Virus record (IMG/VR): IMGVR_UViG_3300020414_001395
Location: 1,145 to 65,144 of that record
DNA: 64,000 nt
Source of the DNA: a virus
Lineage: Duplodnaviria > Caudoviricetes
Strand: one strand, 5' to 3'
Shown: piece after piece, positions 17,806 through 28,241 of the stretch
Position numbering within the stretch: position 1 is the first letter of the stretch
Layout: the number at the start of each line of letters is the position of its first letter
The notes under the pieces: model-generated
The model's database searches: none
The model's input: the letters and a program-made list of their open reading frames with translations, nothing else
Told to the model about the DNA's origin: nothing
Made by a program: the position numbers and the translations under genes

Positions 17806-20800
17806 ATCTCTTGTTGAATTTCATAACGATGCTTCTCTCTTTGTCTGCGAGCTCCTGCATCCTCTTCATTCTCTCTGTGTAGTCCTGTATCTCTAGAGCG
17901 TTTCTTCTCTGCTTTCTTAGGTTGCTCAGCTGCTTGTCGTAAATCTTCAAGACTTCAGACAAAGCGTAAACGCCCTTGTATCTGTCGGGGTCGTCCTTGC
18001 GTCTAGCTCTTTTCATTTCAGCCTTAAGCTCCATGATCTTTTGACGACGGGCCCTGTAATCCTCCACATCCATGTACTTGGATGGCTCTCCGTAAAGGAT
18101 TCTCAAGAAAGGAAGGTCGTTCGCCTCTATTTTTACTTCGTTGTCTGAAGCCTTTGCAGCAAGGCCTCTGACAGCCTCTCCCGTTCTGGTAACAAACTTG
18201 CCCGCGCCACCGATGAAGTACTCAAACAAGTACCACATCTTGTCGGGATTGAAGTCAAGGTCTCCCTTCACCTCCACAGATCCTCCAGTAGCTTCGTTCA
18301 TCCATCTGAAGAATTGCTGGACTGACTCGGGAGATCTAAACGACATTGATGACTCTGGCTGCTGCAACCCGTAAGGCAGATTCTCCTTGAATACAGGACC
18401 CCCAAAGTATGTCTCGTTGGTCATTATGTCTACGATAGGCTTAAACACCGTAGGAACCGCAGACTTACCAGCCTTCGTAAACAGGTCGCTAGATTGACCA
18501 AAGCTGATTGGAGAGAATGAGTTAATGAACGAAGACGTCAGTTGCATCATCGCTGTGTCAATCTCTTTGTGTCCAGCCCCAACTTCAACGGCACTGCTAC
18601 CCAGATTTGCAAACAAGCTGAATCCGTATGGGAGAGGGACCTTGTAGTAGTCTTTCCCGTTGGGGCGCATGATGATGAGGTTTCTTTCCTTGATGTAGTC
18701 TGGTATCTTGTTGTAGTACAACTCTCCATCTTCGTCCTCTCCAGACATCGCAAGAGACAGCATGGTCAGCATACCATTAAACACAGTAAGTGCCGCAGCC
18801 ATCTTCTGGGCGTTGTTCATGCGATCCTTAAACGCTCTCTTCGTGCCGTCTGGGTATGTTGGCTCCTTCAGCGTGAGAAGAGATCTTCCAAGCCTAGCTG
18901 TACCCTGCACAGATGCGTTGAAGAAAAGGTATACTGAGTTCAACAGCTGTCCGTACTCTCCAGACTTGTTGAAGTTTACAGTGATGTTCTTGGCAAGCTG
19001 AGCCGCCTTTTCTCTGCTAACCCCCTTCTCTCTGGCCGCGATGTAGGCCGACAGACGAATGCTGTTCTCGAATGCGTCGTTGACCCCCTCGATGGTTCTC
19101 GCAAACGCCTCTGCATTACCCAAAAGGGTCTGCATTCTTGTCTTGTCTGAAGTCTCAGACTCAAGCGCTGCGGCAATATCCGCGAGTGGCTTTGCATAGC
19201 TCCATCCAGTCTTGCCGCCGTCGTCCCTGAAGTCATTGTAGTACCTTTCAATCTCTGGGTTCTCTTTCAAGAACTTAGACAAGGCCTCAGGGGTCTCGGC
19301 CTTAACCAAAGCCTTCAGCGTCGCGGGAACCTTACGTATCATGTCTGCGACAATTGCGTCGCCTTCGATGATACCCCCTGGGATATCCGCTTCAGCCGCT
19401 GCATTAAAGATGGCTGATTGTATATCTCTTGAGAAGTTAGATATCATAAACTCTGGGTTCAGAGTTGTAAATGATCTTCTGAGCCAGTTTGATGGGGCTC
19501 TCAACATTCTTACAAAGACACTAGTCGCGGGGAGGTTCATATTCCTCAGGGTCTCAGCATAGCTGGCGTCCTTGAATCTTATGAACTTCTGCTCACCATC
19601 AACCCTCACGGATACTGAGTGTGGATCTTGAGAGGTCGCCTTAGATCCATCAACGATTCTCCATACCTTATCGTTAGGATTCTCCTTTACCAGCTCGTAC
19701 AGGGATTGCAAAGCTTCGTTTGTTCTTGCTTTGATGTGTACACTTGCGTTTTGCGCAATCACCTGAGCCAATATGTTTTCAGCCTGAGACTTACGACCTT
19801 CCGCTCTCTTTGTTGTTGGGCCAAACACAGACAGTCCAGCCCCACCCGTTGGGTAGGAAGAGGTAACCGAAGACTCCTCGTCGACAGCGATGCCAGACAA
19901 AGGCACGTAGCTATCAAACTGAGATTCAAAAGCATCAATGGCCTCCTGAGACTCAAGCCCAAACTCAACCATGGTGTCTCTTGTGTCTTGCTGTATATCC
20001 CTAACCATCTTGACTATTGCGTCAAGGGTAGATCTTTTGTCTGAAGGAATAGAGTCAATGATTGACCTAGCCTCCTCGTTTGTCATACCCGACCCGCTTT
20101 CTTCTTTTCCTTCGGTTCTCTCTTCTATGAGTGCGTTTCTTTCTGGGGCGTGAAGAGCATACAGGTAATCAGAAACCTCTTGAACAGAAACTCCACCTTC
20201 CTTCATGGCTTCCACAAGATCTTTCTGCTTATCATCAAGCTTCCTGAGATCCTCCGCAGCCTTTCCGTACATAAGCTCCTCGGCCATTTTGAAGTCCTGA
20301 GATTGATCTCTTACTCCACGGGCAGCCTCTACGTCTTCCTGCAGCTTAAATATGTCAACGTACTTGTCCTGAAGCCTTTTGATCCACTTATTTCTCCAAG
20401 TCTGGAAAGCAGTGAGATCAGAGACCTGCCAAGTGCCTTGGTCCGTTCTCACCGACTTCAGCCCTCTTACGTCTCTAATTGAGGCCTTTCCATTGACGTC
20501 CTGCACCTCTGCATTGACCTCATACTGGCTATATCTGTTAAGAGCCTCCGCCTTTGAGTATGGGTCTGATGCTCCCTCAAACTCCTTCTTTCTTTTTGTG
20601 TCTTTAGCTTTTCCTGAAATATCACCCCCGATAAAGTCTGGGTCAATCTTATCAAGAGTATACTGTTCCTTAAAAACCTCAAGAGATGTTGAATCTCCAT
20701 CGACTATTATAGCTCCAGTAAATCCATATCCAGAAAGATTCTTGACCCTCATGTTCTTGAGAACTACCTGGCCATAATTCTTAAGTATGTCTTGGTCGAT

Positions 20801-23800
20801 CTCGTATGTGAATCTTTTTCCGCCAAACAGCGTTGCGGCTTTTTGGGCTTTCAACGCTGGGTCGTTAAAGTATTCAGCAATTTGCTGATCTATCGTTCCT
20901 GACGTAGGGACGTCCCTACCCATCTCAAAGGCTTCGTGGGAGAAGTACTCCCCCATTACATCCTTGCCAAGGAAAGGCTTTCTAGCTTCGAACTGATCAG
21001 CCATCTTTGTGTGGTAGTTGATGAGTACATCAACTATTTCTTCAAACTGCTTTTGCGTCGTTACAGGAAGAACAAAGTCTGACGAAGAGAACAGTCTTGC
21101 GGTTTCTTCAGAGAGTCCTTCGAAGCCGTCGTTTTCTGCCATCCTAATCATCGTCCTCACCTTAGCTTTCGCGGCTGAAGTAAACTTATCATATATGGTG
21201 GGTCCAGAAATACCCACGTTCTTGTCTCTAGACCTTGCAATAAGGCCTCTCATCACAGCAACAAATACGTCTGGATTACCCTTTGTGGCTTTGTATGTGA
21301 GCGGAGCAAAGAGGCTTCCAAATTTGCCAGACATAGCAATGGCACTATCGGCCTTGTTCATTCTCGACCTCGCTCTCTTCTCCTCGTCCTTGAATCTTAT
21401 GTTGTTTGCCTTGTCAAAGATGGCCTGAGCTTGAGCCCTGTATCTCTCCATTCTTTTTCTTGCCATGGCGAGGTTTACGTGTGTCGAAACCACGGACTCA
21501 CCCTCTTTGAGCTCTTCAAGGTCCGCATCGTCCAAGTCCATTACAGCCCTGGGCCCAGAGGTTATACCTTTTTCTGTGTCAGGCATTGTTTTGTCGTACC
21601 CGCTAGTGGGAGAGAACAAACCCCTATAGTCCTCTAGGTTACCCTCCTGAAAATCTTTCATTTGATTTTCGGGCATCACGTAATCTGGATCCCCAAGGTC
21701 CTCCTTTTTGTACCTAATGGCGAACAGGCCAACGGTGTCTCCAGCCTCGGCGTCATCAAAAGGAACCATACCAGTGGCATTGACGAGGTCGCTGTCCTGA
21801 ACTCTGTTCAATGGAGCGTAAGCCCTAGACCTTCCACTATCATCAATTCGCTTCTCAATGTCCTCCTTGGTCAGCCCCATCTCAAGCGCTGCCTCAATAT
21901 TCTTCTTTGCTATTACTGCAATCCTGTAGTCCTGATCAGCTGTTCTTTCCATGCGCTCAGGCCCTGGGGGTTCGAACTGAAGGGCGTTGACATACCCGTT
22001 CCATGGAAGCTCTCTAAACAGCTTCCTAGACTCGTCTCTAATGTCTCTCGCTTGACGTCTTACCTCCTTTCTTTGATCTGAACGGTCAAATGCCTCTTTG
22101 CGCTTTTGCTGATTGTAGGTCAGGGGGACCTCCATGTAGACTGGATTTCCATCTCGGTCTACCTTTGGTCTCGGAGGGTTCACCTTGTACTTCTTCCCAT
22201 CCTTTATGAAATACATGTTTGCTATCCTGTCAGCCCTTTGGTTGCCAGTCTGCTTGTTGTACCAGTTTCTGAAGTGGAAGTAGTCGTTAACCTTGACTGA
22301 CTTTTGAGCTGAATACGTTGTGTATCTGCTGCTCGTCAATGGAGACTGACCAGGACCAAGGGACGGGTAGTTCGTGTAGAATATCTCTGTGTCCTTCAGG
22401 TAGTCAAAGTTTTTCTTCTGTCTAACGGACAGACGCCCCTGGAACATGTCTATACTTTCAGCGCCCTGCTCAAGCACATCTTCCTTAGGCGTTACTACAC
22501 CCTCAAAGCTGCCAAGCATGGCGTCCGCAGCTTTTGCGATACGAGCGTCAAACTCCTCTTGAGTTTCTGTTGGTCTCTTAGGTGCGACGTCGGGCTGAGC
22601 CTCTTGCTGAGGCTCCTCTTGAACCTCCTCTTGAGTTTCTTCTGCGGTGGCCGTTGCTGGCTCTGGCTCAACTGTTGTCTCCTGACCTTGAGCAGCCCTT
22701 CTGAATTTGTCCGCAAGATCAAACAGGCCTTCGTCCCCTTTGATGACGTTGCCTTTTACTCCAATGCCCTTAAACACTCGGTTAAACGCGGCTCTAATCT
22801 TGTCCTTTACAGAAAGGAACTGATCTGGGTTATTTGCGTATCTGACAAGAACAGATATGATTGACTCTTCCTGAAGGGTAGCATCGGGTCTGCCCTCATA
22901 GAACTTCTTTGTTTCTTCAAGTACGGCCTTAACTGCCTTGGCTCCTTTTGTTTTGCCTTTTGCAATCTTCTCCATCTCCCCATACAGCCGCTGTCTAGCC
23001 TCTGCGTCCTTTCCGATCACTCCCTCAAGCACTGCGTGACCAAACTCCTCAAAGGCGTCAATAGCCTCAGTGTTGTTGTTGAGGTGGATCGTATTTGTGT
23101 CCTTGTCGTAGTAACCGTATATAGCCCCCTTCTTATCCTGAAGGACTTTCATTTGAGCCTTCATCTCAGGGCTAATCGTGCCGAAAGATTCGTCAGTCTT
23201 ATGAAACTTAACCTTTGTCCCAAGCTTGTTTAGAACCCCGCCAAAGGCCTTGGTCATTTTGTTGATGGACGATGCAACAGCTATTGGTATCTGTCCAGCC
23301 CCGTCACCAACAACTTCAGTATCCTTCAAGTCCACCATCTGACCCTCGGCAACGTTGACCTCAAATACGTCCTCTGTCTCCTGCTCTACAGGCTTCTCGG
23401 TAACCTCTTCTTCGACTTGTGTCTCTGCCTCAGTCTCAGCTTCAGCTTCTGGCTCAGCCACAGTCCCAGGCTCCGTGACCTCGTCAAACAAAGACAGCTG
23501 CACAGCCTGCTGCTGCTGACCCTCTGGGGCTGCATCTGTTGCTTCAGGCACATTGTCGTGGGACTTTTTCTCTGACTCCTCTACCTTTCTAGTCTTAGCT
23601 GGCGACTTTTGCTCGCCTGCATCCTCAACCGTAGGCGGTGTCTCAACCTCTCTAGAGGTCTCCTCTTCTGCCTGTCTTTTTTCGACGGCCTGCTCCAGCT
23701 CTGCCTTTTTGTTGAGATTCTCTTCAAGTCTTTCTTCGATGGCCTGCCTCTCTTCTTGAGTGACTGGGTCTCCCGTCCAATGCTTTCCGCTCTTTAGTAT

Positions 23801-25639
23801 TTCCTGAGATCTAGCGATCTCTTGATTGTACTTGATTAGAGCTCCTTTTTCCTCTGGAGAAAAATCATCGTAAAGCTTAGCCTCCTCGTTAGTAATAACC
23901 TTGGCTGCCGCCATAGATTCAACAAGCTCCTTTTCTAGTTGTTGCTTTCTTACGGGATCTGTTTCGGACTCGTACCTCTTTCTCAGGCGAGCCATTTTTT
24001 CCATTACAACGGATCTCTGCGCCATGAACCTTGTATGACCCCTGTGAGAGGCAAGTGAGGTTACTGATATAGGACCAAATCCACCTGCCATACCAGCAAG
24101 TGCGGCATCTGCAACCTCATGGAAGTTTAGATCCCTTACGTTTCTGCCCATCATGATGTTGTCCACAGCGTCAATCGTCCAGTCCGCCACGGCCACTACA
24201 CCCTCTTCAAGGCCTTCTGCTGCCGTCCCCTTCAGTATTCTCTTGCTGAGTCCTTCGACAACCTCTCCGCTCATCTCCTTCTTGGCAGACTCTATGGCAG
24301 CCTTTCTAGATCCAGACCTCAAGCCCTGTACGGCATAGTCCGCACCAACCTTCATCTTCAAGAGAAGGGCGGCCATACCAACTTCTGCCGTGGCTCTAGC
24401 CGCAGATGTAAACGCAGCCTCAGATATGCTCATGTGAGGTGAGTAGGCTCTCGTGTTTCCGTAGCTCTCTCCAAACACATCAACAGCCATTACCGCAGGG
24501 TTCACAGCCATTTCAGCTATGGACTTCAGTCCATCAGCCATAACTCTTCCAGTCTCAAGAGACGTTGTGGCAAGGTAATCCCCGATAGAGATGTCTCCGT
24601 TCCACGCGGCCATAGTTCTTTCGGTAATCCCTTTCGAATATGCCTCCTCAGAAACGCCCAACCCCTCATAGAAAACCCTTTCTTTCTCTGAGTTTATTTG
24701 GTTGGTTTCTTTGATCTTATCCTGATAGTACTGAGAGGTAAAAGAATCTCCGTAAAGGTTTCTCATGCCGAGGCCTTCCCCATATACATCCGCTTGGAAG
24801 GCGGCCATCCCAGACACCATGTTGGAAATGCTGAGATCTCCCAAGAGAAGGCTTCCGTAGCCAACCTCTTCGTCGCGCATTCCTGGGATCTGTCGAATAA
24901 ACTCTTCAGTCTTTTGATCAAATTCCCTTTCGTCTCTCTCAGCTCTTTCTGCGGACTCCCTGAGGAACAAACCAAAGTCTGACTCACTGTTTATGTCGTA
25001 CTCAAGGTCAATACCAAGAGACTTGTTCATTTCGTTTGCTTTGCTCAAGGCCAGCTGATAGCTGTTCTTACCAAAGCCAATCATTTCGTTGCCAGCCTCT
25101 TGTATCTTGGCCAGGGTCTCTTGATCGTACTCTTCTTCAATGCTGAACTCGGGCAGCAAGTTGTTTCTTTGCGCCTCCTGCAAAGCCTTTGTTATGGCCT
25201 TGGGGTCATTAAAGTTGACAGCTCTTACCAGATTGTTTCCAAGCCTGCTGTTCATAACCCCGTTCATTGCCAGCTCGTCGTTCTGACGAATCTGAAAAAG
25301 ACGAGGATCAGCTATCGACTCTTGGGATCCAAGTGATTGGGGATCGGAATCCAAGGACTCCCCACTTAGTACGGATGGAGAATCTTTTTTTTTTAAGCCA
25401 TCATACGCCTCCCTCTGCTGCCTGAAGAGTTCGTCTCTTCTTTCTTTCTCCTGAAGAAATGCTTGACGCTCCTCTTCATGCCTCCGAATAAACTCGTTGG
25501 AAACGTCGGCAGGGTTGTACCCCACATACGACATGATCTCGACGATTCTGTTTGAATCGTATCCCTTCCTCTGAAGTGCATCAATTCCTTCCCCAACAGG
25601 TATTTGATTGTTGGTAGGTGTAGTAGAATCTCCGTTCAT
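17783..25639 (-). CDS. large polyvalent / internal virion (ejection) protein, 2618 aa, with C-terminal LPD38-like region
   Basis: NPEFMISNFSRD, AKNITVNFNKSG, LFFNASVQG, KVPLPYGF; zincin-like AFEEFGHAVL near residue 870; position after tail genes. Confidence 0.75.
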   Translation of the reverse strand: MNGDSTTPTNNQIPVGEGIDALQRKGYDSNRIVEIMSYVGYNPADVSNEFIRRHEEERQAFLQEKERRDELFRQQREAYDGLKKKDSPSVLSGESLDSDPQSLGSQESIADPRLFQIRQNDELAMNGVMNSRLGNNLVRAVNFNDPKAITKALQEAQRNNLLPEFSIEEEYDQETLAKIQEAGNEMIGFGKNSYQLALSKANEMNKSLGIDLEYDINSESDFGLFLRESAERAERDEREFDQKTEEFIRQIPGMRDEEVGYGSLLLGDLSISNMVSGMAAFQADVYGEGLGMRNLYGDSFTSQYYQDKIKETNQINSEKERVFYEGLGVSEEAYSKGITERTMAAWNGDISIGDYLATTSLETGRVMADGLKSIAEMAVNPAVMAVDVFGESYGNTRAYSPHMSISEAAFTSAARATAEVGMAALLLKMKVGADYAVQGLRSGSRKAAIESAKKEMSGEVVEGLSKRILKGTAAEGLEEGVVAVADWTIDAVDNIMMGRNVRDLNFHEVADAALAGMAGGFGPISVTSLASHRGHTRFMAQRSVVMEKMARLRKRYESETDPVRKQQLEKELVESMAAAKVITNEEAKLYDDFSPEEKGALIKYNQEIARSQEILKSGKHWTGDPVTQEERQAIEERLEENLNKKAELEQAVEKRQAEEETSREVETPPTVEDAGEQKSPAKTRKVEESEKKSHDNVPEATDAAPEGQQQQAVQLSLFDEVTEPGTVAEPEAEAETEAETQVEEEVTEKPVEQETEDVFEVNVAEGQMVDLKDTEVVGDGAGQIPIAVASSINKMTKAFGGVLNKLGTKVKFHKTDESFGTISPEMKAQMKVLQDKKGAIYGYYDKDTNTIHLNNNTEAIDAFEEFGHAVLEGVIGKDAEARQRLYGEMEKIAKGKTKGAKAVKAVLEETKKFYEGRPDATLQEESIISVLVRYANNPDQFLSVKDKIRAAFNRVFKGIGVKGNVIKGDEGLFDLADKFRRAAQGQETTVEPEPATATAEETQEEVQEEPQQEAQPDVAPKRPTETQEEFDARIAKAADAMLGSFEGVVTPKEDVLEQGAESIDMFQGRLSVRQKKNFDYLKDTEIFYTNYPSLGPGQSPLTSSRYTTYSAQKSVKVNDYFHFRNWYNKQTGNQRADRIANMYFIKDGKKYKVNPPRPKVDRDGNPVYMEVPLTYNQQKRKEAFDRSDQRKEVRRQARDIRDESRKLFRELPWNGYVNALQFEPPGPERMERTADQDYRIAVIAKKNIEAALEMGLTKEDIEKRIDDSGRSRAYAPLNRVQDSDLVNATGMVPFDDAEAGDTVGLFAIRYKKEDLGDPDYVMPENQMKDFQEGNLEDYRGLFSPTSGYDKTMPDTEKGITSGPRAVMDLDDADLEELKEGESVVSTHVNLAMARKRMERYRAQAQAIFDKANNIRFKDEEKRARSRMNKADSAIAMSGKFGSLFAPLTYKATKGNPDVFVAVMRGLIARSRDKNVGISGPTIYDKFTSAAKAKVRTMIRMAENDGFEGLSEETARLFSSSDFVLPVTTQKQFEEIVDVLINYHTKMADQFEARKPFLGKDVMGEYFSHEAFEMGRDVPTSGTIDQQIAEYFNDPALKAQKAATLFGGKRFTYEIDQDILKNYGQVVLKNMRVKNLSGYGFTGAIIVDGDSTSLEVFKEQYTLDKIDPDFIGGDISGKAKDTKRKKEFEGASDPYSKAEALNRYSQYEVNAEVQDVNGKASIRDVRGLKSVRTDQGTWQVSDLTAFQTWRNKWIKRLQDKYVDIFKLQEDVEAARGVRDQSQDFKMAEELMYGKAAEDLRKLDDKQKDLVEAMKEGGVSVQEVSDYLYALHAPERNALIEERTEGKEESGSGMTNEEARSIIDSIPSDKRSTLDAIVKMVRDIQQDTRDTMVEFGLESQEAIDAFESQFDSYVPLSGIAVDEESSVTSSYPTGGAGLSVFGPTTKRAEGRKSQAENILAQVIAQNASVHIKARTNEALQSLYELVKENPNDKVWRIVDGSKATSQDPHSVSVRVDGEQKFIRFKDASYAETLRNMNLPATSVFVRMLRAPSNWLRRSFTTLNPEFMISNFSRDIQSAIFNAAAEADIPGGIIEGDAIVADMIRKVPATLKALVKAETPEALSKFLKENPEIERYYNDFRDDGGKTGWSYAKPLADIAAALESETSDKTRMQTLLGNAEAFARTIEGVNDAFENSIRLSAYIAAREKGVSREKAAQLAKNITVNFNKSGEYGQLLNSVYLFFNASVQGTARLGRSLLTLKEPTYPDGTKRAFKDRMNNAQKMAAALTVFNGMLTMLSLAMSGEDEDGELYYNKIPDYIKERNLIIMRPNGKDYYKVPLPYGFSLFANLGSSAVEVGAGHKEIDTAMMQLTSSFINSFSPISFGQSSDLFTKAGKSAVPTVFKPIVDIMTNETYFGGPVFKENLPYGLQQPESSMSFRSPESVQQFFRWMNEATGGSVEVKGDLDFNPDKMWYLFEYFIGGAGKFVTRTGEAVRGLAAKASDNEVKIEANDLPFLRILYGEPSKYMDVEDYRARRQKIMELKAEMKRARRKDDPDRYKGVYALSEVLKIYDKQLSNLRKQRRNALEIQDYTERMKRMQELADKERSIVMKFNKRYEQTRKD

Positions 25640-25642
25640 TCT

Positions 25643-27262
25643 TTATTGATTTGTTGCGTCAGACCAAGCTGCGGAGGCATTTCTAGCTCTGTGAGCTTCA
25701 AGAAGCTTAAACGCTTCGGCGTTAGTCGCCTTTCCAGTGGCTGGATCAACTCCAAATATACGATTATATACCTCGTTTCCAAGGTCTCCATCGCCAGGAC
25801 CTATCGTTATGGTTCTGGGCGTTTTGTCGTCAAACTTCACTGGCCTACCATCAGCCATAACGGTACCTTTTTCCTGTGCTTCCTGAAGCGTGGGTGCGTA
25901 TCTAATTTTGTTATCCTCGTCCATGTACTTATACACCTCCGTAGGGACAACGTCAAATATTCTTGCCGTAATATCTCCCGTTCTTGGATCAATACCAAAA
26001 CCGTGAATTTCGTAGTCACCGCCATCAGCCATCATACTGGCCTCAACCTTTATGGGCTCCTTCATAGCCGTCATGGAGTATGAGAGAGCGCTTTCAGGCT
26101 GAGGACCAGTTTCTTGATCCCCAGACTCACCTAGTCCAGCAAACACATAGTTAGACTCCTCTTGATCTTCTTGATAGGCGTCACTAAGTCTCTTTTCCTT
26201 CAGCTTCTGATCAATGTCTTTTTTGGTTCTAGCGTACTCAACAAACTTCTCTCTTTCCGCATCAATAAGTCTCCAACCACTTCCGTCGTCTCCCCATACC
26301 GCATTCCAGTCTTCATCAGAGCCCTGAAAGATTTCTCTTGAGTTTGGGCCCAGCTGCCAAGCTTTCGGCTGATCTGTGTTCGGCTCAAAGAACTCAAACG
26401 CAGCACCTTCTCTTGCAGAGCCCTCAAGCCCAAAGCCACCAGCTCTTTCGCCAGTGTCTACGTAGTCCTCAAGTATCTGCAGGCGAAGTGCTTGACCGTT
26501 GCGATTACTATTCTCTGTGAGTGTGTTGTACTCCTTTCTCGCTTCCTCTGCTTTAAAGACACCACCTCCCCTGGCCAGTATTCTCCCCTGTACAGCCTCA
26601 TTCATGGCCGATGTCTGAAGATCGCCTATATCGGTCTTTTGTTGCTGTGGGATGTAGGCAGAAAAGTCCATGAGTTGAGGCGCCTCATCAAAAGGAATCA
26701 AGCCTTCTTCTGTCTGAACCATGATTTGACCATCCTGATAGACTATTTCCTTTCTGAAGGACTGGTCCATTTGAGCGACTGTAGAAGCATCAATGTCTTG
26801 ATACTCCATGCCGACTTCAAGGCCCGCATTGAGGTTGTCTCTCGTGGCTCTGTCTGCCACAGACAGCGTGTCAGCAAACTTTCTTTCTTCTGCAAGTTGA
26901 GTCTCTCTGTTCTTAAAGAAGTCGTACTTCTGGGTAAATTCTGCAATAAGAGACTGAGCCTCCACAGGGTCGTTTGCCTCTCTAATCTTAGCCTTCAATT
27001 CATTTGCAGCTTGTGTGAGCGCTGGAGCTGCATCGGGGCCTGCTGCAGCTATGTCAAATCCAGCAACAGTGTTGAGGTCTTCTCTCATCATGTTTTGAGA
27101 CCTCTCATATATTCTTCTAGCCTCCTTCTTCTTCGCTTGAAGAGATGCGTCAGCAGACCTAATAGCTCCCGCAATACCAGCACCCTGCTGAGCCACAAGT
27201 TGTTGCTGAGCTGAAGGGGCAGAGCCTCCCCCCTGTCCTCTTTGTCCTACTGGTACGTACAT
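25643..27262 (-). CDS. internal virion (ejection) protein, putative
   Basis: 539 aa, helical Q/A-rich N-terminus, directly upstream of giant protein. Confidence 0.6.
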   Translation of the reverse strand: MYVPVGQRGQGGGSAPSAQQQLVAQQGAGIAGAIRSADASLQAKKKEARRIYERSQNMMREDLNTVAGFDIAAAGPDAAPALTQAANELKAKIREANDPVEAQSLIAEFTQKYDFFKNRETQLAEERKFADTLSVADRATRDNLNAGLEVGMEYQDIDASTVAQMDQSFRKEIVYQDGQIMVQTEEGLIPFDEAPQLMDFSAYIPQQQKTDIGDLQTSAMNEAVQGRILARGGGVFKAEEARKEYNTLTENSNRNGQALRLQILEDYVDTGERAGGFGLEGSAREGAAFEFFEPNTDQPKAWQLGPNSREIFQGSDEDWNAVWGDDGSGWRLIDAEREKFVEYARTKKDIDQKLKEKRLSDAYQEDQEESNYVFAGLGESGDQETGPQPESALSYSMTAMKEPIKVEASMMADGGDYEIHGFGIDPRTGDITARIFDVVPTEVYKYMDEDNKIRYAPTLQEAQEKGTVMADGRPVKFDDKTPRTITIGPGDGDLGNEVYNRIFGVDPATGKATNAEAFKLLEAHRARNASAAWSDATNQ

Positions 27263-28221
27263 TAGTCTTGGAATTGAGGCTTAGACATCAAATCCTTCAT
27301 GAACTCAAGGAGGCCTTTTTCGTCGCCTTTTTTAATGAGCTTTTCCATCATTTCGGATTGATCTGGGTTGAACACCAGCTCTCCGCCTGTGAGTTCAGCC
27401 TCTTTCTTTCCGTCCTCCTCGTCGATGACAGCCTTCTTGTTGGTCTTGTGGTTAAACTCACCCTTGGTCTTGAAGCCTTCATCCGCCATATATCTCATGC
27501 CAGCCTCAGCTTTGATCTTAAGTCCGTGCTCACCATCGTCTCCTTCGCCTGGGTTTCCTGGCTCGAAGTCTTTAAGCAATGTTGCCAGCGCCGTGGCGGT
27601 CTGCATGCCGCTTGCGGATGCGGCAGGTCCAGCAGCTTGCTCCCTTTCAGCGAGATCGAGAAGCTCTCTTCTGCCTTCGTCTGCTGCCATAGCTCCTCTA
27701 TCCATAAGAAGCTGATCAATAGCTGACTGAAAGTCTTTTTCTTTCTCTGTAAGTGCAGCTCTCTGAGCGTCAGAAGCCGTCTTCATGCCAAGCACCTTGG
27801 CGCGACGCTCGTCGTCTCCCAGATTGAGTTGCTCCAGAGTATTTACAATTCCAGCAGCCGATCTTGGGTCGCCAGACTGCAGCGCAGAAACAATGTCGCT
27901 TCTTTGCTCTTGAAGTCTTTTATCTCCAGCCCCCAGCAAGGCTTCTGCAGCCTCCTTCTGAGCTTGAATGTAGTCTTCACTAGCTTGAGTCACTGCAGGT
28001 CTAGCACGCAGCTTCTCAAGCATCTTTTCGTATGACTTTCTGCCTGCTTCTTGTTGCTCAAGGGCAGCTGCTCTTCTTTCGTCAATACCAGCCTCAAGGC
28101 CTTTTCTTGCTCGGCCCCTTTCTAGGGCACCCGCCCCGAGTGTCAGGGCTGCTCTACCAAGCTTCTTTCCTTGGTCTGATTTTAAGAAGTCGAACATCTT
28201 GTCGAACGGAATATCTGCCAT
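27262..28221 (-). CDS. internal virion (ejection/pilot) protein, putative
   Basis: A/Q-rich helical body; GEFNHKTN...ELTGGELVFNPDQ C-terminus. Confidence 0.6.
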   Translation of the reverse strand: MADIPFDKMFDFLKSDQGKKLGRAALTLGAGALERGRARKGLEAGIDERRAAALEQQEAGRKSYEKMLEKLRARPAVTQASEDYIQAQKEAAEALLGAGDKRLQEQRSDIVSALQSGDPRSAAGIVNTLEQLNLGDDERRAKVLGMKTASDAQRAALTEKEKDFQSAIDQLLMDRGAMAADEGRRELLDLAEREQAAGPAASASGMQTATALATLLKDFEPGNPGEGDDGEHGLKIKAEAGMRYMADEGFKTKGEFNHKTNKKAVIDEEDGKKEAELTGGELVFNPDQSEMMEKLIKKGDEKGLLEFMKDLMSKPQFQD

Positions 28222-28226
28222 GATTG

Positions 28227-28234
28227 CAAAAGTA
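28227..28234 (-). promoter_or_regulatory. -7 element TACTTTTG
   Basis: 5 nt before ATG 28221. Confidence 0.55.
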
Positions 28235-28241
28235 ATAAATG

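Noticed and set aside
17783-25639. Virion RNA polymerase, as in crAss-like or N4 phages
   Set aside because: No DxDxD/DFDID motif or T7-type motifs A/B/C found by eye; MDLDDAD does not fit. Not called, though a divergent fold cannot be excluded.
26492-27214. 240-aa plus-strand ORF
   Set aside because: Antisense shadow of an ejection-protein gene.
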